IMG/VR virus record: IMGVR_UViG_3300020413_000035 | Span: 1 to 33,401 of that record | Reading direction: 5' to 3' (one strand) | DNA length: 33,401 nucleotides | Source of the DNA: a virus | Lineage: Duplodnaviria; Caudoviricetes | Shown: piece by piece, positions 9,082-17,947 of the stretch | Position numbering within the stretch: position 1 is the first letter of the stretch | Layout of the letters: every line of letters starts with the position of its first letter | Program-made: the position numbers and the translations under genes | Notes under the pieces: generated by a model | What the model saw: the letters and a program-made list of their open reading frames with translations, nothing else | What the model was told of the DNA's origin: nothing | Databases searched by the model: none

Positions 9082-11786
9082 TGCTAAACCTACAGCTTTT
9101 TATCGAAGGTCAGGAGGTTGATCTATTTAAGGATGAATCTGTAACTCTTACTCAGTCGATTCAAGACATAATGAATCTTGACAAAGTAGGTATTGAGTTT
9201 ACCAGATCTTTTCAAGTTCCTGCATCTAAGAAAAACAACAAAATATTTAAGCATTTTCATAACCCAATGATTATAGGGTTTGATGCTAGACAAAAAAAGC
9301 CTGCTGAGTTATTACTTAATTACAAGCCTTTTAAAAAGGGAAAAATAAAACTAGAAGGAGCAGCAACAAAAAACAACAAGGCACACACTTATAAAGTAAC
9401 TTTCTTTGGCAATACAATAATCTTAAAAGACCTGTTAGGAGATGCAAAGCTTTCAGGTCTAACATACTTACAGCAGTTCTTTTCCTACAGTTATAACACT
9501 ACAAATATCAAAACATACATGACTGATGGTCTTGATATAAGCGATGGTACAGAAACTTATACAGATGCTATTTTATTTCCTCTTATCACGCACACAAAGA
9601 GGCTGATCTATAACACTAATTTTACTTCAAGTAATGTAAACTCTGAAACATTAAATAACATAGCTTACAATAGCTCTAGTGCAGACTACGGATTAGAGAT
9701 TAGCCAATTAAAACCTGCTCTTAGACTTTATGCAATAACAAGAGCAATTGAGGAAACCTATAAAATAAACTTTAGTACAGACTTTTTTTCTACTACAAAC
9801 GAAAACTTCTACAATCTTTATCTGTGGCTTAACAGCAAGGCAGGAGATAAACCTGACCCTACAGATAGCAATCCAATATTTGCAGCACTTTTTCAACAGA
9901 CTTATATTTTAAGAGGTGGAACTGTTCGTGTTAATTGGAATGATTTTTATATAGATGCAGAGCAAAATTTAGAAAGAAGATTTGGTGTAATAGTTACCCC
10001 TCCACACACAAACCCTTTTACTGTTCAACTATACAAAGATGGCGAGTTAGAAAGGGAATGGAAAAGCGTGACTGGAAATGTAGAAGGCAACACTAAATGG
10101 TCATCTATACAAGAGGGAGGAGATTTAATAGGAATAGGAAAAGCAAAGGCTAGATTTACACTTGCTATAATTGGGGACTCTGGAACTTACGATTTAGAAG
10201 GAGATGTTAGAACAGCAGGTAGTTCAACAAGCAAAAGAAGAAGGACTCTTTTTACTGCAACAGCTTTTGTTAGTTCTACCGATACAGAGATTAATGTAGC
10301 TTCTCAGATGCCTGACATGAAAGTGATAGACTTTATCTCAGGTCTTTTTAAGATGTTTAATTTAACAGCGACAGTTGATGAAAACGATGTTGTAAATATA
10401 AACAGCCTTGATAATTTTTATCAGAGCAGTACAAACCTGTGGAACATTACCGAGTATGTAGATAAAACTAAACAAAGCGTAGAAACAGTTATTCCATTTA
10501 GGGAAATAGACTTTTCCTACAAGGGATTAGAAAACTTTTTTGCAGCATCACATCAAGAATTATTTAATACAGATTGGGGAAGCGTAAAACAAAAAACAAC
10601 AGATGAAACTGGTGGAGAAGTTTTTAGCGTAGAACTTCCTTTTGAACATTTTAAATATGAAAGACTTAGAAATTTAACAGGATCAGTAAAAACAAACATA
10701 CAATGGGGATGGAGTGCAGACATTAAGCAGGATGCTTTTATGGGTGAACCCCTTTTGTTCTACCCTATTTTGCAAACCCTTGACATGGGTGTAAAAGACT
10801 TAGAGGGAAATGTGACTCAGTTTACAAGTGCTTACATACCTTCTAACTCTGTATCAACAACAGATTCATTTGCTATACATTTTAATGCAGAAACAAACGA
10901 GTTTGCAGAAGTGCCTTTTGAAAAAACTTTATTTTCTGAATATTATCAAAAGTATATAACAGAGATATTTGACTTACAGAGAAGATTAAAAAAAACAAAT
11001 GCTTTCTTGCCTTTGTCTATTATTACAAATCTAAGTTTAGCGGACAAGATTAGAATTTTTGATGTAATCTACCTAATCAACAAAATAGAAACAAACTTTG
11101 AAACAGGGGAATCTAAGCTAGAACTAATAAACACCAGAACAACTCTTGGTGAACTTGTAGAACAAGAAACTATTATTCCTGACAAGTTTATATTACAGCC
11201 AGATTCTATTCAATCAAGCCCACAACCTAACGCACCTTTATGTCTTACAGCAGATCAAACAGAGAGGATAGATGAGTTATATCAGATTACAATAGACAGA
11301 GAGTGTGAAAAAGATGGCTTTGATCAGTTATCTACAAGGGAAGTAATACCTAACGATTTGGATACAGGTACACAGCCTAAAGTCGTTAGAATAGATACTC
11401 CTCTTACTGTCACACCTGCTACGATTGGATCGTTTACAACTGCTGTAAGTTCTTCAATAATATACACAACATTTTATATACAGACACTTGGAAAAGTTGG
11501 ACAGGTAGGACAATTAAACGAATATGGAATTTTTCACTCTACGACAGCTTCAGATTTGACACCCACTACCTACACTACTCTTCGAGCAGGGAATGCAACA
11601 CACATAAAATTTGAAACTACAGAAATTGATAGAATACCCGATGTGCCAAAAAAAGTTGATGCACAAATTACAGGATTATCAAGTAGTACAACGATTTACT
11701 GGAAAGCTTACGTAAGGACTAATACTAACCCTTTATATGGAACATCTGATGTAATAGGTATTCTACAAACTGGAACAACATTATGA
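9081..11786 (+). CDS. Large tail tip/baseplate hub protein with C-terminal FN3-like domain
   Basis: 901 aa; VDLFKDESV...F.VPA..KNNKIF N-terminus; ITGLSSSTTIYWKAY at C-terminus. Confidence 0.65.
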   Translation: MLNLQLFIEGQEVDLFKDESVTLTQSIQDIMNLDKVGIEFTRSFQVPASKKNNKIFKHFHNPMIIGFDARQKKPAELLLNYKPFKKGKIKLEGAATKNNKAHTYKVTFFGNTIILKDLLGDAKLSGLTYLQQFFSYSYNTTNIKTYMTDGLDISDGTETYTDAILFPLITHTKRLIYNTNFTSSNVNSETLNNIAYNSSSADYGLEISQLKPALRLYAITRAIEETYKINFSTDFFSTTNENFYNLYLWLNSKAGDKPDPTDSNPIFAALFQQTYILRGGTVRVNWNDFYIDAEQNLERRFGVIVTPPHTNPFTVQLYKDGELEREWKSVTGNVEGNTKWSSIQEGGDLIGIGKAKARFTLAIIGDSGTYDLEGDVRTAGSSTSKRRRTLFTATAFVSSTDTEINVASQMPDMKVIDFISGLFKMFNLTATVDENDVVNINSLDNFYQSSTNLWNITEYVDKTKQSVETVIPFREIDFSYKGLENFFAASHQELFNTDWGSVKQKTTDETGGEVFSVELPFEHFKYERLRNLTGSVKTNIQWGWSADIKQDAFMGEPLLFYPILQTLDMGVKDLEGNVTQFTSAYIPSNSVSTTDSFAIHFNAETNEFAEVPFEKTLFSEYYQKYITEIFDLQRRLKKTNAFLPLSIITNLSLADKIRIFDVIYLINKIETNFETGESKLELINTRTTLGELVEQETIIPDKFILQPDSIQSSPQPNAPLCLTADQTERIDELYQITIDRECEKDGFDQLSTREVIPNDLDTGTQPKVVRIDTPLTVTPATIGSFTTAVSSSIIYTTFYIQTLGKVGQVGQLNEYGIFHSTTASDLTPTTYTTLRAGNATHIKFETTEIDRIPDVPKKVDAQITGLSSSTTIYWKAYVRTNTNPLYGTSDVIGILQTGTTL

Positions 11787-11935
11787 TAAGAGATATTATA
11801 GAATTGCTTGAGATAGCAAAAGAGAATAAACTAAAAGGAGACCTAACAAATATCGCATTAGGAAAGAATAAAATACCTGAGAATTTTAGCGAGGTTTTCA
11901 AATTAACACTACTTAAAAAATGGCAGAAAAAATAA
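11783..11935 (+). CDS. Small hypothetical protein (50 aa; not in ORF track)
   Basis: MIRDIIELLEIAKENK...KKWQKK; ATGA overlap upstream, overlaps the next gene start. Confidence 0.7.
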   Translation: MIRDIIELLEIAKENKLKGDLTNIALGKNKIPENFSEVFKLTLLKKWQKK

Positions 11936-13440
11936 CATTAGAACTAGAGGCTAAGCTAGGCGATGCTGTAAAAAGACTTGATGGCATTGAAAAGCAATTG
12001 GTTGATGTAGGCAAAGAATCTAAAAAAGCATCTAAAGGTGTTGGAGGGATCAAAACTGCTCTTTCTGGAGTTGGTGCTGTTTTAACTGGTGGACTGTTTA
12101 AAGCAGGTTCTTTGATCTTTGAAAAGCTTACAGAGTTGTTTATGAGCAATCAAACTGTAGTAGATGCTATGAGCGTTGCCATGAATGGTCTTAAAATCGT
12201 TTTTAATGACCTTGTAGGCTTTATAACTGATATATCCATCCCAAGCTTCTCAGAGTTAAAAGATACGATTATGCAGGGGCTTATTGATCGTTTTAATCAA
12301 GCGAAAGATGTAGCAGGTCTTTTGGGTAAAGCAGTAGTTAAGTTGTTTAAAGGAGATTTTTCTGGTGCTGTTGAATCACTAAAAGAAGCAGGCAAAGAAT
12401 CTATTGATGTTATTACAGGACAAGACAAGTCATTTGAAAAGGTTGCAGAGAGTGTAAAGAATTACGCAAAAGAAACTTTTAATGCTGCAAAAAGACAATC
12501 TGATCTTAATACACAAGCACAACTTGCTGAGGCTATAAACGCAAAACTTCTTCAGCAGTACGATAGAGATGCAGAATTGCAAAGACAAATTAGAGATGAT
12601 GTTTCACGTACTATTGAAGATAGGATTGCAGCTAATGTAAAACTCGGTGAAATTTTAGATGAACAGCAAAAAACAATGATGGACAATGCTCAACAGCAAG
12701 TTGATGCTGCGGAGGCAAATCTTGCTATTGATAAAAACAACCTTGACTTACAAATTGCTCTTATAAACGCACAAAGAGAACTTGTTGATGTTGAGGCTCA
12801 TGTTACAGGACTTAGAGCAGAACAATTAACAAATACAAACTCACTTCTTAAAGAGCAACAAGATTTAATAGATGAAAATGCACAAAAAGAATTAGATGCA
12901 GCACAAAAAATAAAAGATCAAAAAGCAAAAGATGATGCTGATAATAAAAAAATACGAGATCAAGAAGTAAAAGCTGCTGAAGAGCAACAAGAAGCTACTT
13001 TAGGCAATATTGTTTCATTAGCAGGAGAAGGCTCTGCTATCGGCAAAGCGGTAAGTATAGCACAGGTTACAATGGGAGGTATAGAAGGAGTACAGAATGC
13101 TTACACTACAGCACAAAAATCTCCCATAACAGCTTTAAATCCTGCTTATCCTGTTCTACAAGCAGCACTTGCAGGTGCTATGGCAGCAAGTCAATTAGCA
13201 GCGATTATGGCTGTACCTAAACCATCTGCCTCTGGAGGCGGTAGCGGTGGTGGTAATCCTGCAGGAGCAACCCCTCCTGCCCCACCTGCTTTTAACGTAG
13301 TAGGTGCAGCACCAGAAAATCAGTTAGCAGTAGCACTTGGACAAAACGAAAGCAAACCTGTTAAGGCATTTGTAGTAAGTAACGATGTAAGCACAGCACA
13401 AGCCTTAGATAGAAATATTGAACAACAAGCAACTATATAA
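11920..13440 (+). CDS. Tape measure-like protein
   Basis: Ala/Gln-rich helical and coiled-coil sequence with hydrophobic Gly/Ala segments; 506 aa. Confidence 0.7.
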   Translation: MAEKITLELEAKLGDAVKRLDGIEKQLVDVGKESKKASKGVGGIKTALSGVGAVLTGGLFKAGSLIFEKLTELFMSNQTVVDAMSVAMNGLKIVFNDLVGFITDISIPSFSELKDTIMQGLIDRFNQAKDVAGLLGKAVVKLFKGDFSGAVESLKEAGKESIDVITGQDKSFEKVAESVKNYAKETFNAAKRQSDLNTQAQLAEAINAKLLQQYDRDAELQRQIRDDVSRTIEDRIAANVKLGEILDEQQKTMMDNAQQQVDAAEANLAIDKNNLDLQIALINAQRELVDVEAHVTGLRAEQLTNTNSLLKEQQDLIDENAQKELDAAQKIKDQKAKDDADNKKIRDQEVKAAEEQQEATLGNIVSLAGEGSAIGKAVSIAQVTMGGIEGVQNAYTTAQKSPITALNPAYPVLQAALAGAMAASQLAAIMAVPKPSASGGGSGGGNPAGATPPAPPAFNVVGAAPENQLAVALGQNESKPVKAFVVSNDVSTAQALDRNIEQQATI

Positions 13441-13442
13441 TT

Positions 13443-14603
13443 ATGAGAATCGTAGAATTAATACTAGAAGATGACGACATAGGAGTTGAAGCTATTTCGG
13501 TAGTCGAAAACCCTGCAATAGAAGAAGATTTTATTGCTCTTAAAAAACAAGAATACAAGTTTGCAGAACAAGACAAAGAAAAAAGACTCTTAGTCGGTGC
13601 TGCTCTAGTTCCTAACAAACCAATCTTTAGAAAAAACAAAGATGAGGAATACTATATCTTCTTCTCCAAAGAGACTGTAAGAAAAGCATCACAAATGTTT
13701 TTTAAAAATGGCAATCAATCTCAAGCAACTCTAGAGCATGACGTTAAGCTAGATGGCATGACTGTGGTGGAGTCTTGGATAGTAGAATCTGAAAAAGATA
13801 AGTCAAGACATTATGGCTTAGATGTACCTGTAGGTACATGGATGGTATCAATGAAAGTTGAATCTGATGCTGTTTGGCAGGACTATGTTAAAGATGGTAA
13901 AGTCAAAGGTTTTTCTATTGAAGCTTTTTTTTCAGATCGTATGTCAAGACCCAAAGACAAAACACTCAAAGATTTAGTTGACATAGAAAATGAAATCTTA
14001 GTAGAAGAACTTAGAGAACTTCTTTCTGCCAAGAGAATAGCTCTTGTAAGCTATAATGATTACCCTAAGAGTGTTCAAAATAATGCAAAGAGAGGCATTG
14101 AAATGAACGATAAGGTAAACAATAAATGTGCTACCCAGGTTGGAAAAGTTCGAGCATCTACCTTAGCAAAAAAAGGTAAGATTACAGTAAACACAATTAA
14201 GAGGATGTACTCTTATTTATCAAGAGCAGAAACTTATTATGACCCAAATGATTCAAAAGCTTGTGGCACAATTTCATATTTACTCTGGGGAGGCAAATCT
14301 GCATTAGGTTGGAGTAGAAATAAACTTAGAGAACTTGGAGAACTAGAGTTAGAAACAAGAATAGTAAATGACAGCTACGCTATTATAGATGACAGACTTG
14401 CATACTCAAGTGAGGATAAAGCTACTGAAATGGCATTAAATATTGGATGTGAGGGTTTTCACGTGCATGAATTAGATGGAAAAAATTGGTACATGCCTTG
14501 TGAAGAACACGAGTTAAAAGCACCATGTTGGGCAGGGCATGAAATGGTTGGCTTTAAAACTAAAAATGGAAAAAAAGTGCCTAACTGTGTCCCTATAAAA
14601 TGA
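13443..14603 (+). CDS. Prohead protease (XkdF-like) with C-terminal accessory modules
   Basis: EH, VESWI, P.GTW and V.DG.VKGFSIE motifs. Confidence 0.75.
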   Translation: MRIVELILEDDDIGVEAISVVENPAIEEDFIALKKQEYKFAEQDKEKRLLVGAALVPNKPIFRKNKDEEYYIFFSKETVRKASQMFFKNGNQSQATLEHDVKLDGMTVVESWIVESEKDKSRHYGLDVPVGTWMVSMKVESDAVWQDYVKDGKVKGFSIEAFFSDRMSRPKDKTLKDLVDIENEILVEELRELLSAKRIALVSYNDYPKSVQNNAKRGIEMNDKVNNKCATQVGKVRASTLAKKGKITVNTIKRMYSYLSRAETYYDPNDSKACGTISYLLWGGKSALGWSRNKLRELGELELETRIVNDSYAIIDDRLAYSSEDKATEMALNIGCEGFHVHELDGKNWYMPCEEHELKAPCWAGHEMVGFKTKNGKKVPNCVPIK

Positions 14604-14743
14604 AAAAGAAAAAGAAATATAAATCAGAATCTAGGATAACACCTAAAGGTGGAAGGCGAGGTTGCTTGTGTAAGGATCGCAAAACGTACCATCCAGACTG
14701 TTGTACAGGAGAGATGCACGCACAAGGAATTGGTGCGATCTAA
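14600..14743 (+). CDS. Small basic Cys-rich protein (47 aa; not in ORF track)
   Basis: MKKKKK...PKGGRRGCLC...HPDCC.G...AQGIG; ATGA overlap. Confidence 0.75.
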   Translation: MKKKKKYKSESRITPKGGRRGCLCKDRKTYHPDCCTGEMHAQGIGAI

Positions 14744-14761
14744 AAAAAGTTAATTTTTTTT

Positions 14762-14801
14762 GACAGAATTTGTCTATGTCAATTGCTATACAAGTATAAC
14801 C
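14762..14801 (+). promoter_or_regulatory. Putative late promoter (copy 2)
   Basis: GACAGAA-N12-AATTGCT-N7-TATAACC, followed by TAAAGATG as in copy 1. Confidence 0.7.
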
Positions 14802-14808
14802 CTTAAAG

Positions 14809-15396
14809 ATGAAGGCAACAGATATTGTAAACCAGATTAAAGAAGTTCTAGGAATGGATTTATCAAAAGAAGTGCAATTGGCAGTTATGAAACTAGACAA
14901 TGGCACAGAGATCGAAGCAGAAGCTTTTGAGGTTGATCAACAAGTATTTATTAAAAACGAGGATGGCGAATCTATTGCTCTTCCAGTTGGAGATTATATG
15001 CTAGAAGATGGTCAAACCTTAAAAGTTGAAACAGAAGGAGTAATTGCAGCAATTGGAGAAGCAGAGGCAGAAGAAGAAGTAGAAGCTAAAGAAGAACCAG
15101 AACAAGCAAAAGCACCAACTGAAGAAGTTGTAGCTGAAGAAAAAGAAATGAGCTACGCTACTAAAGAAGAACTTGAAGAAGTAAAAGCAGTTCTTCAGGA
15201 AATAAAAGAAGAAATAAAATCTCTAGGCGAAAGCAAAGAGGAAATGAAAAAGGAATCTGTGGAGGATGTTGAAATGAATGCAGAAGTTGTTGAGCCAATT
15301 GCTCACAACCCTGAAGCTTTGTCATCTCATAAATACACGAGAGTAAAACCACAAAATTCTAAAATGGATTTAATAAGAAAAATAATTTATAAATAA
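14809..15396 (+). CDS. Capsid scaffolding protein
   Basis: Very acidic, coiled coil, upstream of capsid genes. Confidence 0.7.
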   Translation: MKATDIVNQIKEVLGMDLSKEVQLAVMKLDNGTEIEAEAFEVDQQVFIKNEDGESIALPVGDYMLEDGQTLKVETEGVIAAIGEAEAEEEVEAKEEPEQAKAPTEEVVAEEKEMSYATKEELEEVKAVLQEIKEEIKSLGESKEEMKKESVEDVEMNAEVVEPIAHNPEALSSHKYTRVKPQNSKMDLIRKIIYK

Positions 15397-15797
15397 TGGC
15401 AACATTTACTTCTAATGACATAATAAGAGCAAGATCAAAGCAAGAGACTTTGACTACCTCTGGCTCTGTCGATGCTAATCAAGCAGGTGCAGAATTTAAC
15501 ATAGCAACTGATGCTTTAGTAATCACTCTTCCTGCTATTGATGCAAACAACATTGGTATGGAATTTACTTTTAGAAACACAGGTGCAGATGGTAACAACA
15601 TTATCACTCTTTCTCCTGCTGCAACAGATGCATTTCATGGAACTGTTGGATCAGTACAATCAGGTGGTGTAGACAATAAAGATTGGATCAACACGAAAGC
15701 AACAGCTAACAAAGGAGATTGGTGTACAATTAAAGCGGTAGCACTTACAGACTGGTACTTAACTGGTGGTGATGGCGTTTGGGCATCTGAATCATAA
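15396..15797 (+). CDS. Putative head decoration/minor virion protein
   Basis: Small beta-rich protein (ITLPA, GDW..I...W...GG.G.W) between scaffold and capsid. Confidence 0.5.
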   Translation: MATFTSNDIIRARSKQETLTTSGSVDANQAGAEFNIATDALVITLPAIDANNIGMEFTFRNTGADGNNIITLSPAATDAFHGTVGSVQSGGVDNKDWINTKATANKGDWCTIKAVALTDWYLTGGDGVWASES

Positions 15798-15822
15798 TAA
15801 TTAACATTTAAAAAATAAAAAA

Positions 15823-16761
15823 ATGGCAACAAGTCATAATATAACAACAAGCTACAGCGGAAAAGCAAGTTCGCCATACCTGACTGCAGCTTTGCTAACT
15901 GGAAAAACTTTAGCTTCAGGTGCAATTGATATAAAAGATAATATTAAATACAAAGAAGTTTTACAAGTTATTTCTAGCGATGCTAATTTAATTAAACCGG
16001 GAACTTGCGATTTTGATGCAACTGGTACATTGACAACTACTGAAGTAGTAATTGAACCAAAAGAGTTTCAAGTAAACCTTGAACTTTGTGCTAAAAACTA
16101 CAGATCTTCTTGGGAGTCTGAGCAGATGAATGGTATTAAATCAGGTATGCCAAAAACATTTGGAGATTTTTTAATTGATCATGTTGTAGATGCAACAGCA
16201 GATGCAATTGAATCTGGAATCTGGAGCAATACTACTTCTTCTACGAACATTCCATTTTCAGGATTTGAAACTTTAGCTGCTGCTAATTCTGATGTTGTAG
16301 ATGTTTCTGCAACTACAGTAACTGCTGCAAACGTAACTACTGAAATAGGTAAAGTAGTAGACGCTATTCCTACTACTATTTATGGCAAAGAAAACCTTTA
16401 CATATATGTTTCAACAGCTATTTATCAGAAATACATAAGGGCTCTCGGAGGTTTTGGCGCAGCAGGAAGTGCTAATACAACTACAGGTATAGATAACAAA
16501 GGTCAAACTTGGTTTTCAGGACAGCAAGAAATTTTCTATGATGGAATTAAAGTATTGCATTCACCAGGCATGACAGCTACAAAAATGATGGCAGGTACTT
16601 CTAACAATTTGATTTTTGGTACTAGCTTATTTTCTGAGTTAAACCAAGCATCAGCTTTAGACATGAGCACTATTGATGGAAGCCAAAATGCAAGAATAAT
16701 TTTAAGAGGTTCTGCAGGTGCAGCAATAGGTATTGGTAGCGAAGTAGTACTATACGCTTAA
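15823..16761 (+). CDS. Major capsid protein
   Basis: 312 aa after scaffold; NIKYK, CDF, FQVNLELC, IW and NL.FGT motifs. Confidence 0.8.
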   Translation: MATSHNITTSYSGKASSPYLTAALLTGKTLASGAIDIKDNIKYKEVLQVISSDANLIKPGTCDFDATGTLTTTEVVIEPKEFQVNLELCAKNYRSSWESEQMNGIKSGMPKTFGDFLIDHVVDATADAIESGIWSNTTSSTNIPFSGFETLAAANSDVVDVSATTVTAANVTTEIGKVVDAIPTTIYGKENLYIYVSTAIYQKYIRALGGFGAAGSANTTTGIDNKGQTWFSGQQEIFYDGIKVLHSPGMTATKMMAGTSNNLIFGTSLFSELNQASALDMSTIDGSQNARIILRGSAGAAIGIGSEVVLYA

Positions 16762-16800
16762 TAACTGTTAGCTGAGATGCTAACTATAAAAATTTAAGAT

Positions 16801-17355
16801 ATGGCGTGTAATTTAACAAAAGGCTATGCAACGAACTGTAAGGATGTTGTTGGTGGCATTGTAAGAGCATGGATGACCAATTTCGGTGCAATCACAGGTT
16901 TTACAATAGATTCTGATGATCAAATTACTAATGCAAGTGGTACAGCTACTTTTTATCAATACGAACTAAAAAATAGTGGAAACACAATGGTGACAACTGC
17001 AACTGTGTCGAGAGATACAGGAACAAGTTACTTTTCTACTGTTTTGAGTTTAGTATTGCCAAAGCTAACGAAAGAGTTATCTGTTGAAACTAAATTGATT
17101 TCATACGGAAGACCGCATATTATAGTAGAGGATCGTGTTGGAAATTTCTTTTGGCTTGGTCGAGTGCATGGAAACGAACTTACTTCAGCTACAATCGCAA
17201 CTGGCGGTGCTATGGCTGATTTAAGTGGATACACACTTGAATTTACAAGCGAAGAAGTAGAGTCACCAATGTTTATTTCAGGCGGTACATCTGCAAATCC
17301 TGTTGCAGGGTTATCAGGTGTAACTGAAACTATAACAGTTGGTACAAATAGTTAA
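16801..17355 (+). CDS. Major tail tube protein
   Basis: MAC.LT.G...CKD.VGGI N-terminus; TGG...DLSGYTL.F. Confidence 0.65.
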   Translation: MACNLTKGYATNCKDVVGGIVRAWMTNFGAITGFTIDSDDQITNASGTATFYQYELKNSGNTMVTTATVSRDTGTSYFSTVLSLVLPKLTKELSVETKLISYGRPHIIVEDRVGNFFWLGRVHGNELTSATIATGGAMADLSGYTLEFTSEEVESPMFISGGTSANPVAGLSGVTETITVGTNS

Positions 17356-17360
17356 ACATT

Positions 17361-17407
17361 GTGTTTTGTGTTTGGGTGTATGCTTAGGCTGCACCCTACC
17401 AAAACGC
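17361..17407 (+). promoter_or_regulatory. Intergenic stem-loop after the tail tube gene (terminator/stability element)
   Basis: GGGTGTA/TGCACCC inner stem and GTGTTTTG/CAAAACGC outer stem; no U-tract. Confidence 0.55.
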
Positions 17408-17420
17408 TTAAATAATAATT

Positions 17421-17585
17421 ATGACTAAAGAAAAAACACAATATTTAAAAAAAGATTTTGATTCTCCTGATTGGAAACAGATTACAAAAACTCAATTACA
17501 TAGAGAATTATTAGACAAAGAAATAGAGGTATTAGAAAAGACAGGAAGGATAAAAACCTTCTTAGCTATATACCAAAAAGCATGA
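17421..17585 (+). CDS. Small hypothetical protein (54 aa; not in ORF track)
   Basis: MTKEKTQYLKK...IYQKA; ATGA overlap with the next gene. Confidence 0.65.
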   Translation: MTKEKTQYLKKDFDSPDWKQITKTQLHRELLDKEIEVLEKTGRIKTFLAIYQKA

Positions 17586-17947
17586 TCGTATTAGACCGAA
17601 CACAATCGAGCCATACTATCAGTTTTATACCAAGTTCTTACGAACCTACAGGATCGGCAATATTTAGATTTAAAGTGATTAAGGAACAACAAAACACAGA
17701 AGCGTATAATCAAACTACTTCAAGTTTTACAGCAGTAGATTATTATTACACTTATACAGCAAATCTAAATTTAGATTCAACTGTAGATCAAGATTATTTA
17801 TTAGAGATAACAAACACAGCAACAAATGAGGTTTTGTACAGGGATAAAATCTTTGCTACAAACCAGACAGTCGCTGATTATTCAGTAAATACTGGAAAGT
17901 ACACTACGAACACAACGCAGTCAAATGATTTTCTAGTATATGATTAA
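17582..17947 (+). CDS. Putative virion structural (head closure-like) protein
   Basis: 121 aa beta-rich, YRDKIF.T.Q motif; directly before portal. Confidence 0.45.
   Translation: MIVLDRTQSSHTISFIPSSYEPTGSAIFRFKVIKEQQNTEAYNQTTSSFTAVDYYYTYTANLNLDSTVDQDYLLEITNTATNEVLYRDKIFATNQTVADYSVNTGKYTTNTTQSNDFLVYD

Noticed and set aside
16767-16784. GTTAGC/GCTAAC hairpin after the capsid gene
   Set aside because: Only 6 bp with no U-tract; too weak to call a terminator
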